Assembly (NCBI RefSeq): GCF_000012905.2
Contig: NC_007488.2
Location: 60,001-92,000 of the forward strand
Length of the DNA: 32,000 bases
Direction: 5' to 3'
From: Cereibacter sphaeroides 2.4.1
GTDB taxonomy: Bacteria > Pseudomonadota > Alphaproteobacteria > Rhodobacterales > Rhodobacteraceae
Shown here: one piece after another, positions 8,253 to 15,213 of the stretch
Numbering within the stretch: the stretch's first letter is position 1
Layout of the letters: each line of letters begins with the position of its first letter
Made by a program: the position numbers and the translations under genes
Notes under the pieces: model-generated
The model's input: only the letters and a program-made list of their open reading frames with translations
Database searches by the model: none
Told to the model about the DNA's origin: nothing

Positions 8253-8311
8253 TCTCGCAACCCGGCGGCCTCGAACGGCCGCGGGTCTTGTTAAGCCGAG
8301 GTGATGGACCG

Positions 8312-10024
8312 ATGACGTCTCAGTTGGGGATCGGCAAGTCGCCGACCGGCATCCAGGGGTTCGACGAGCTGACACTCGGCGGACTGCCCACCGGACGCCC
8401 GAGCCTCGTCTGCGGGTCCGCGGGCTGCGGCAAGACCCTGTTCGCCTCCACCTTCCTCATCAACGGCGTGCGCGACCACGGCGAGCCGGGCGTCTTCGTG
8501 ACCTTCGAGGAGCGCCCCGAGGACATCGTGAACAACGTGGCCTCGCTGGGCTTCGAGCTCGACAAGCTGATCGAGGAAGAGAAGATCGCGATCGAACATA
8601 TCGCGGTCGATCCCTCCGAAGTGGCCGAGATCGGCGACTACGACCTCGAGGGGCTGTTCCTGCGACTGGAGCTGGCCATCGACACGGTGGGCGCCAAGCG
8701 CGTGGTTCTCGACACGATCGAAAGCCTGTTCTCGGCCTTCTCGAACCCCGCGATCCTGCGGGCCGAGATCCGGCGGCTGTTCGACTGGCTGAAGGAGCGC
8801 GGGCTCACCACCGTCATCACCGCCGAGCGGGGCGACGGCGCGCTGACGCGGCAGGGGCTCGAGGAATATGTCTCGGACTGCGTGATCCTGCTCGACCACC
8901 GGGTCGAGAACCAGATCTCGACCCGCCGCCTGCGCATCGTGAAATACCGCGGCACGGCGCACGGGACCAACGAATATCCGTTCCTGATCGACACCGACGG
9001 CTTCTCGGTGCTGCCCGTCAGCGCGCTGGGGCTGCTGCATCAGGTCCATGAGGAGCGCATCGCCTCGGGCGTGCCCGATCTCGATGCGATGATGGCGGGC
9101 GGCGGCTTCTTCCGCGGCTCCTCGATCCTCGTCTCGGGCGTGGCCGGCGCGGGCAAATCCTCGCTCGCCGCCCATTTCGCCGCCGCCGCCTGCGCGCGGG
9201 GCGAGCGGGCCATGTATTTCTCCTTCGAGGAGGCGGCCGATCAGGCGGTGCGCAACATGCGCTCGCTGGGCCTCGATCTCGGGCGCTGGCGCGACGCGGG
9301 CCTGCTGCGCTTCATGGCGACGCGGCCCACCTTCTACAGCCTCGAGATGCATCTGGCGGTGATCCTGCGCGAGGTGATGCGCTTCGAGCCCTCCGTCGTG
9401 GTGCTCGACCCGATCTCGGCCTTCACCGAGAGCGGCGACCGGCTCGAGGTGCAGTCGATGCTGCTGCGGATCGTCGATTTCCTCAAGAACCGCGGCATCA
9501 CCGGCATCTTCACCCATCTCGCCCACAGCCAGAACGAGGCCACGACCGATGCGGGCCTGTCGTCGCTGATGGATGGCTGGGTGCTGATGCTGAACCGCGA
9601 GGTGAATGGCGAGTTCAACCGCGAGCTCTATCTGCTCAAGGCCCGCGGCATGGCCCATTCGAACCAGGTGCGCGAGTTCCTGATGAGCGATCGCGGCATC
9701 TCGCTCCTGCCGCCGCATCTGGGCGAGGGCGGGGCGCTCACCGGCACCGCCCGCAAGGCCGAGGAGGCGCGGCTGCGCCGGGCCGAGATCGAGCGGCAGA
9801 CCGAGCTCGGCCGGCTCCAGCAGCAGATCGAGCAGCGCCGCCGCCGGGCGCGCGCGCAGATCGAGGCGCTCGAGGCGGAGCTGCAGGCCGAGGAGATCGC
9901 GCTCAAGGCGCTGGTGGAGAGCGAGAGCGCGCACGAGCGACAACGGCTGGCCGATGCCGATACCCTGGCCCGAAGCCGCGGAAACGAGCGTTTCGCGGAC
10001 CTCTTGATGAATAAGGGAGAGTGA
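8312..10024 (+). CDS. kaiC: Circadian clock protein KaiC (double RecA-like/P-loop domain autokinase) with an extended C-terminal coiled-coil tail
   Basis: Track ORF 8288..10024(+), which begins at a TTG. I trimmed it to the ATG at 8312, preceded by GAGGTG at 8297-8302. CI domain: [18 protein letters not shown], Walker A GSAGCGKT, catalytic pair [10 protein letters not shown] and Walker [14 protein letters not shown] domain: [13 protein letters not shown], Walker [19 protein letters not shown] and [10 protein letters not shown]. The segment [42 protein letters not shown] aligns with the S. elongatus HISTITDTIILLQ...KMRGSWHDKAIREF region, which puts Ser-Ser where Ser431/Thr432 sit. Confidence 0.95.
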   Translation: MTSQLGIGKSPTGIQGFDELTLGGLPTGRPSLVCGSAGCGKTLFASTFLINGVRDHGEPGVFVTFEERPEDIVNNVASLGFELDKLIEEEKIAIEHIAVDPSEVAEIGDYDLEGLFLRLELAIDTVGAKRVVLDTIESLFSAFSNPAILRAEIRRLFDWLKERGLTTVITAERGDGALTRQGLEEYVSDCVILLDHRVENQISTRRLRIVKYRGTAHGTNEYPFLIDTDGFSVLPVSALGLLHQVHEERIASGVPDLDAMMAGGGFFRGSSILVSGVAGAGKSSLAAHFAAAACARGERAMYFSFEEAADQAVRNMRSLGLDLGRWRDAGLLRFMATRPTFYSLEMHLAVILREVMRFEPSVVVLDPISAFTESGDRLEVQSMLLRIVDFLKNRGITGIFTHLAHSQNEATTDAGLSSLMDGWVLMLNREVNGEFNRELYLLKARGMAHSNQVREFLMSDRGISLLPPHLGEGGALTGTARKAEEARLRRAEIERQTELGRLQQQIEQRRRRARAQIEALEAELQAEEIALKALVESESAHERQRLADADTLARSRGNERFADLLMNKGE

Positions 10025-10026
10025 GC

Positions 10027-10296
10027 ATGCGTCGCCTCGTCCTCTATGTCGCGGGTCAGACCCCCAAATCTCTGGCCGCCATCAGCAACCTCCGCCGCAT
10101 CTGCGAGGAAAACCTGCCCGGCCAGTATGAGGTCGAGGTCATCGACCTGAAGCAGAATCCGCGGCTCGCCAAGGAACACAGCATCGTGGCGATCCCCACC
10201 CTCGTGCGCGAGCTGCCGGTGCCGATCCGCAAGATCATCGGCGACCTGTCCGACAAGGAGCAGGTGCTGGTGAACCTCAAGATGGACATGGAGTAG
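10027..10296 (+). CDS. kaiB: Circadian clock protein KaiB
   Basis: Track ORF 10021..10296(+). The GTG at 10021 overlaps the kaiC stop (GTGA). The in-frame ATG at 10027 follows AAGGGAGAG (10013-10021) at good spacing, so I prefer it. The protein [81 protein letters not shown] is colinear with cyanobacterial KaiB (LKLYVAGNTPNS...[22 protein letters not shown]...PVRRIIGDLSDREKVL). Confidence 0.95.
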   Translation: MRRLVLYVAGQTPKSLAAISNLRRICEENLPGQYEVEVIDLKQNPRLAKEHSIVAIPTLVRELPVPIRKIIGDLSDKEQVLVNLKMDME

Positions 10297-10301
10297 GGCC
10301 C

Positions 10302-11738
10302 GTGACCCCGGCCGAGATCGACGAGCTCCGCCGACGGCTCCACGAGGCCGAAGAGACGCTGAAGGCCATCCGTCAGGGCGATGTCGATGCCCTTGTGGTG
10401 GGCGCGTCCGACGACACCGACGTCTATGTGATCGGCGGCGATCCCGACATCTGCCGCAGCTTCCTCGACATGATGGAGATCGGGGCGGCCGCGCTCGACA
10501 ACACCGGGCGCGTCCTCTACGCGAATGCCGTGCTGGCCGATCTTGTGGGCCGGCCGCTGCCCGAACTCGAGGGGATGCGGCTGTCCGAGCTGACCGGCGA
10601 TCCGGCGCTCGAGAGCGAGATCCTCGAGGGCAGGCTCCGCCGCCGCCGGATCCCGCTCGGCGTGGCCGGCGCAGAGCGGCAGGTGATGCTCTCCTGCGGG
10701 AAGCTGCGGCTCGGCACCGTGTCGGGCCATGCCGTCACCTTCACCGATTTCACCGAGCAGCTCGCGGCCGAACGGTCGCGCCAGAACGAGAAGGCGGCGC
10801 TGGCCATCATCGCCTGCGCGAACGAGCCCGTCTTCGTCTGCGACACTTTGGGCCTCATCACGCATCTGAGCGGCGCCGCGGCGGTGCTCGCGGGCAGCGG
10901 GGCCATCGGCCGGCCCTTGTCGGAGGTCATGGATCTGAGCGTGGGCGACGGCACCGGGCTCCTCACGCTGGGCGAGATCGTGGCGCAGGCCACCGAGGGC
11001 ATTCCGGTGCAGGGGATCGAGGCGGTCGCGGCCGAGGGCACGCCCTTCTATCTCATCAGCGCGGCGCCGCTTCAGGTGCCGGGCGAGGCCGTCAGCGGCT
11101 GCGTCATCACCATGGTGGACCTGTCGCAGCGCAAGGCGGCCGAGCGCCACCAGCAGCTTCTGCTGCGCGAGCTCGATCACCGGGTCAAGAACACGCTCGC
11201 GCTGGTCATGTCGATCAGCCGCCGCACGATGCACAGCGAGGAGACGCTGGAGGGCTATCAGAAGGCCTTCACCGCCCGCATTCAGGCGCTGGCCGCGACG
11301 CACAACCTGCTTGCCGACAAGTCCTGGAGCGACATCTCGATCCGCGACGTGCTGGTGCGCGAACTGGCGCCCTACAACGAGGGCTTCTCGCAGCGCATCC
11401 TCGTCGAGGTGCCCGATGTCGAGATCGAGCCGCGCTCGGCCATCGCGCTCGGCCTCGTGATCCACGAGCTCGCGACCAACGCCACAAAATACGGCTCGCT
11501 CTCGACGCCTGAGGGGCAGGTCAGGGTCCGTGGCCTTCCGGGCGCGGACGAGCCTGCGGACGTGGTCTGCCTCGAATGGCTCGAGCGCGGCGGCCCGCCG
11601 GTGTCCGAGCCCACCCGGTCGGGCTTCGGCCAGACCGTGATCCGCCACGCCTTCGCCTATGCCGAGGGCGGCGGCGCCGAGGTCAGCTTCGAGCCCGACG
11701 GGGTGCGCTGCCGGGTTTCGGTGCCGACCGGCGTCTGA
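10302..11738 (+). CDS. PAS-domain sensor histidine kinase of the HWE/HisKA_2 type, co-transcribed with kaiCB
   Basis: Track ORF 10302..11738(+). The GTG start is only 5 nt after the kaiB stop (TAG, 10294-10296). The N-terminal helix is EIDELRRRLHEAEETLKAIRQGDVDALVV, followed by two PAS-like segments (..LDNTGRVLYANAVLADLVGRP.. and ..VFVCDTLGLITHLSGAAAVLAG..). The H-box is LLRELDHRVKNTLALV and the N-box is VIHELATNATKYGS. 'CLEWLERGGPPV' is the W-x-E signature of HWE kinases, and GFGQTVI is the G2 box. There is no receiver domain. Confidence 0.85.
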   Translation: MTPAEIDELRRRLHEAEETLKAIRQGDVDALVVGASDDTDVYVIGGDPDICRSFLDMMEIGAAALDNTGRVLYANAVLADLVGRPLPELEGMRLSELTGDPALESEILEGRLRRRRIPLGVAGAERQVMLSCGKLRLGTVSGHAVTFTDFTEQLAAERSRQNEKAALAIIACANEPVFVCDTLGLITHLSGAAAVLAGSGAIGRPLSEVMDLSVGDGTGLLTLGEIVAQATEGIPVQGIEAVAAEGTPFYLISAAPLQVPGEAVSGCVITMVDLSQRKAAERHQQLLLRELDHRVKNTLALVMSISRRTMHSEETLEGYQKAFTARIQALAATHNLLADKSWSDISIRDVLVRELAPYNEGFSQRILVEVPDVEIEPRSAIALGLVIHELATNATKYGSLSTPEGQVRVRGLPGADEPADVVCLEWLERGGPPVSEPTRSGFGQTVIRHAFAYAEGGGAEVSFEPDGVRCRVSVPTGV

Positions 11739-11745
11739 GCCGCCT

Positions 11746-12012
11746 TCAGCTCCCGCCCCGGCCGAAGAGACGGCCGAGCCAGCCCGCCCCGGATCCCGGC
11801 CTGGCCGGGCTGCGGGCCAGCGCCCGGCGCCCCGCCTCGGTCAGCCGGTAGCGCCGCGCCGTGACGATGCGGAAGAGGCCCAGATCCGTCAGCCGCTCGG
11901 CCCTCCGCACGATCTCCTCCTCGGCCTCGGTGAGCGACAAAAGCTCTTCGGGCTGCCGCGCCGCGAGGGCGAGCAGGTCCAGAAGCGGAGGGGGAAGCGG
12001 ATCGTCGGACAT
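11746..12012 (-). CDS. Small hypothetical protein (88 aa), possibly winged-helix-like
   Basis: Track ORF 11746..12012(-), starting at an ATG and convergent with the kinase (8 nt between the stops). '...LTDLGLFRIVTARRYRLTEAGRRAL' resembles the recognition-helix/wing end of wHTH proteins. No firm family assignment, and coding status is unproven. Confidence 0.4.
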   Translation of the reverse strand: MSDDPLPPPLLDLLALAARQPEELLSLTEAEEEIVRRAERLTDLGLFRIVTARRYRLTEAGRRALARSPARPGSGAGWLGRLFGRGGS

Positions 12013-12059
12013 CTGGCCTGCGGGGCGGCGGGGGCCGCCCCTCCCTCATTCGCGCCCTG

Positions 12060-12509
12060 TCAGCGCACCACGAGAACCGGCACCGGACTGTGGGCCAGCA
12101 CTTCGGCCGTCTGGCTGCCGAGGAGGAGCCGGCCCAGCCCGCGCCGCCCGTGCGAGGACATGCAGATCAGGCTGCAGTCGCGGCTGCGGGCGGCTTCGAC
12201 GATGGCTTCGGCCGGCAGCGAGCCCGGCACATGCAGCACCTCGGCCGAGACGCCCATCCGGTCGGCGGCCTCGCGGGCGTCCTTGAGGATGCCCTCGGCC
12301 CGCTCCTTCTGCCGCGCCTCATATTCGGTATCGAGCTCCACCGGGGCGACCCAGGCCTCGCCGGCCGAGGCGGCATAGAGCGGAAAGGCCTCGGTCACCG
12401 TGATGATCGTCACCTTCGCGCCGAGCGCCCGCGCGAGGGTGAGGCCGTGGTCGAGCCCCTTGCCGGCGGTTTCGGACCCGTCGGTGGCAATGAGAATATG
12501 TTGGTACAT
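12060..12509 (-). CDS. Universal stress protein (UspA family)
   Basis: Track ORF 12060..12584(-), trimmed to the ATG at 12507-12509, preceded by AGGAG. MYQHILIATDGSETAGKGLDHGLTLARALGAKVTIITV... and the C-terminal ...MSSHGRRGLGRLLLGSQTAEVLAHSPVPVLVVR carry the G-x2-G-x9-G(S/T) ATP-binding signature. Confidence 0.85.
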   Translation of the reverse strand: MYQHILIATDGSETAGKGLDHGLTLARALGAKVTIITVTEAFPLYAASAGEAWVAPVELDTEYEARQKERAEGILKDAREAADRMGVSAEVLHVPGSLPAEAIVEAARSRDCSLICMSSHGRRGLGRLLLGSQTAEVLAHSPVPVLVVR

Positions 12510-12749
12510 GACCGCTCCTGTCTCTGGATGAGAGGATCCGGCGCCGCGAGGACCCGTTTCCCCTTTCGCACAGAGGACCCGCAATGTCCGGGAAAATCAA
12601 GGAGAAGCCGCGCGGCCCGCGGCCTTTGCCCCGCCGTGCGGGGCTGGTGTGCGGCGCGCGCGGGACGAAATCCGGCGCATCGCGTGGGTGAGGCCCCGCA
12701 AGGGCAGTCCGCGCCGTCGTCCGGAGCCTTGCGCGCCCCCGAAGGTGCG

Positions 12750-13811
12750 TCAGAGGTCCAGCGTCACGCGCCCCTGCGGCCGGGCGCAGCAGGCGAGGAT
12801 CGTACCCGCCGCGATCTCCTCGTCCGAGATGCCGCCGTTGTGGACCATCGCCACCTCGCCCTCGATCTTCTGCACCTTGCAGGTGCCGCAGAGGCCGAAG
12901 TTGCAGCCCGAGGGGATGTTCAGCCCCGCGCGCCGGGCCACCGCCAGCACCGTCTCGGTGCCGTCGCAGGCGACCCGCACCCCCGAGGCCGCGAAACAGA
13001 GCTCGGAAACGGCGGCGGGTTCGGGGATGTCGACCGGCAGCTCCTCGAGCGCGGGGGCCGCGAAGCTCTCCTCGTGATAGCGGTCCATGTCGTAGCCCAG
13101 CGAGACCAGCATCTCGCGCACCGCCTGCATGAAGGGCTCCGGCCCGCAGCAGAACACCTCACGCTCGAGATAGTCGGGCGCCATCAGCCCCAGCATGATC
13201 TGCGAGAGCCGGCCGCGATAGCCCGTCCAGACCGAGAACGGATCCTCCTCCTTGACGGTGAAGCGCAACTGCAGGCCCGGCACGCGGCGGGCGAACTGCT
13301 CGAGCCTGCGGCGGAAGATGATCTCGGCCGGGCTGCGGGCCGCGTGGACGAAGACGATGTCGGGCATCTCGCCCGAATCCCAGGCCCAGGTGGTCATCGA
13401 CATCATGGGCGTGATGCCGGAGCCCGCCGAGATGAACAGGTATTTCGGGCTTCGGTGCCGCAGCGAGGTGAACTGCCCCGCCGGCCCGTAGGCCTTGATC
13501 CGCATGCCGGGCTTCAGCTTGTCGAGCATCCAGCGCCCGCCGATCGAGCCCGGCTGCGCCTTGACCGTGACCGAGAGCGACAGCGGCCGCGAGGGCGAGG
13601 AGGAGATCGTGTAGGTCCGCTGCACCCGCCCGCCGGGCACCGGCAGGTCGAGCGTCAGGAACTGACCCGGCTGATAGTCGAACCAGGCGCCCGAGGGCGC
13701 CCGGAAGGCGAAGGTGGCGCAGGTCTCGGTCTCGGGAATGACCATCGCGCATTCCAGCTCTTCGCTGTCGCTCCAGGGCTCGGCGGCCCAGTTCAGGCGC
13801 GGGCGGACCAT
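12750..13811 (-). CDS. Oxygenase reductase component: FNR-like FAD/NAD(P)-binding domain fused to a plant-type [2Fe-2S] ferredoxin domain
   Basis: Track ORF 12750..13811(-). It has RTYTISSSP (RxYS FAD motif), a GSGITPMMSM nucleotide-binding loop and the C-terminal CNFGLCGTCKV...ILACCA cysteine pattern. The start is 3 nt after the upstream Rieske gene stop. Confidence 0.85.
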   Translation of the reverse strand: MVRPRLNWAAEPWSDSEELECAMVIPETETCATFAFRAPSGAWFDYQPGQFLTLDLPVPGGRVQRTYTISSSPSRPLSLSVTVKAQPGSIGGRWMLDKLKPGMRIKAYGPAGQFTSLRHRSPKYLFISAGSGITPMMSMTTWAWDSGEMPDIVFVHAARSPAEIIFRRRLEQFARRVPGLQLRFTVKEEDPFSVWTGYRGRLSQIMLGLMAPDYLEREVFCCGPEPFMQAVREMLVSLGYDMDRYHEESFAAPALEELPVDIPEPAAVSELCFAASGVRVACDGTETVLAVARRAGLNIPSGCNFGLCGTCKVQKIEGEVAMVHNGGISDEEIAAGTILACCARPQGRVTLDL

Positions 13812-13814
13812 GGC

Positions 13815-15047
13815 CTATTCCGCGGCCATGGCGGAGGGACCGGCGAGGCCCGCCGTCATGGTGCGCACATACCAGTCGACGAACTGGATCACGCCGCTCT
13901 CCTGCCGGACGGAATAGGGGCCGGGCTCGTAGGCGGGCGAGGAGACGCCGATCTGGTTCTCCTCGACCACGCGACGGTCCTCGTCGTTGGTGGCGGTCCA
14001 GACTTCGGTCAGCCGGGCGAGATCGTAGTCGCGCCCCTCGACCGCGTCCTTGTGGACGAGCCAGGTCGTGGTGACCTCCGTCTCGGTCGGGCTGACCGGC
14101 AGCATGCGGAAGTTCAGCACATGGTCCGAGAGGAAGTGGTTCCAGGTGTTGGGATAATGGAAGAAGAGCAGAGAGCCCGCATTGTCGAAGGGAACGCCGG
14201 GGATCCGCGGCGCGGCGGCCCTGCCGTCCATCGTGTAGCTCACCGCCTCGCCCACGAAGGGGATCCGCACCAGCCGCCATTGCGCGTCGCCGCCGATCAG
14301 ATAGCGCGAGGGCAACCCCGCCGCCTCGCAGCGTGCCACATGGGCGGCGCCCGCGGGCGAGGACAGGCTGTCGTCCGATCCCACGAGGTCGGGATCGTCG
14401 TTGAAGGTGCGGCAGAGCGCGGGATGCGACCCGGCGCAGTGATAGCACTCGCGGTTGTTCTCCATCACCAGCTTCCAGTTCGCCTTCTCGAGGATCGAGG
14501 AGCGGTGCGCGACCTTCAGCTCGTCAAGCCGGTGCGGCGCGGCATAGCGGTCGGCGGCGGCCTTCACCTCCGAGAAATCGGGCGGATCCGCGGCGAGGCA
14601 GAGGAAGACCATGCCCGCGGCGATCTCGCAGGCGACGGGCTTCAGCCCGTGGCGGGCGGGCTCGAATTCCGGGCCCATGTCGCGGGCCCAGAGCAGCCGC
14701 CCGTCCGTCTCGTAGGTCCATTGATGATAGGGGCAGACCAGCTTCGCCGCCTGGCCCGAGGGTTTCGAGCAGATGCGGCTGCCGCGGTGGCGGCAGGAAT
14801 TGTGGAAGGCCCGCACCGCCCCGTCCGATCCCCGCACGATCACCAGCGGATAGCGCCCGAGCTGCAGCGTGACATAGCTGCCCGCGCGCGGCAGTTCGGC
14901 CGCCGAGGCCGCGAAGATCCAGCTGCGATACCAGATCGTCTCGAGATCGGCCTGATGCACCGAGGCGTCGGCATAGAAGGGCCGGGCGAGCGAGAAGCCC
15001 GACCGCTGGCTGTGAAGGAGGGGGAGCAGATCTGACGGATGGGCCAT
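13815..15047 (-). CDS. Rieske [2Fe-2S] non-heme-iron oxygenase, alpha-subunit type (GbcA/CntA-like class)
   Basis: Track ORF 13815..15185(-), trimmed to the ATG at 15045-15047 (MAHPSDLLPL...). It has the Rieske motif CRHRGSRIC...CPYHQW and the mononuclear-iron region NNRECYHCAGSHPAL. No beta subunit is present, and it is paired with a single-polypeptide reductase. Confidence 0.85.
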   Translation of the reverse strand: MAHPSDLLPLLHSQRSGFSLARPFYADASVHQADLETIWYRSWIFAASAAELPRAGSYVTLQLGRYPLVIVRGSDGAVRAFHNSCRHRGSRICSKPSGQAAKLVCPYHQWTYETDGRLLWARDMGPEFEPARHGLKPVACEIAAGMVFLCLAADPPDFSEVKAAADRYAAPHRLDELKVAHRSSILEKANWKLVMENNRECYHCAGSHPALCRTFNDDPDLVGSDDSLSSPAGAAHVARCEAAGLPSRYLIGGDAQWRLVRIPFVGEAVSYTMDGRAAAPRIPGVPFDNAGSLLFFHYPNTWNHFLSDHVLNFRMLPVSPTETEVTTTWLVHKDAVEGRDYDLARLTEVWTATNDEDRRVVEENQIGVSSPAYEPGPYSVRQESGVIQFVDWYVRTMTAGLAGPSAMAAE

Positions 15048-15177
15048 GGACGGAGGATCCTTGCGGGGCCGGAGGCGCGGCGGGGCTGGCCGGCGGATGG
15101 CTCGGGGGATCCGCCGGTGTCGCGCAGGATCCGGGCTGCGACACTCTTGCTCAACTGCAGAAATCCGTGCAGGTTGG

Positions 15178-15192
15178 ATAACCACCGGTTAT
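15178..15192. promoter_or_regulatory. Candidate LysR-type binding site: ATAACC-N3-GGTTAT, containing a T-N11-A core
   Basis: Perfect 6-bp inverted arms read directly from the sequence. TAACCACCGGTTA (15179-15191) fits T-N11-A. It sits in the 166-bp divergent region between the Rieske oxygenase operon and the LysR gene. A second inverted repeat, CTGCA-N8-TGCAG, lies at 15155-15172. Confidence 0.35.
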
Positions 15193-15213
15193 GGATGCAG
15201 CCCGGGCCGCCCT

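Noticed and set aside
8033-12060. Looked for kaiA, or for a sasA/cikA/rpaA-type partner, flanking kaiCB.
   Set aside because: No ORF in or around the operon has a KaiA-like, KaiB-like-N-terminal (SasA) or GAF/pseudo-receiver (CikA) architecture. The absence applies only to this window; the rest of the genome is unseen.
12581-12600. A possible FNR/CRP-type box upstream of the universal stress protein gene (ATCAA half-site at 12596-12600).
   Set aside because: With the required 4-nt spacer, the partner half-site reads TCCGG rather than TTGAT, so only one half matches.
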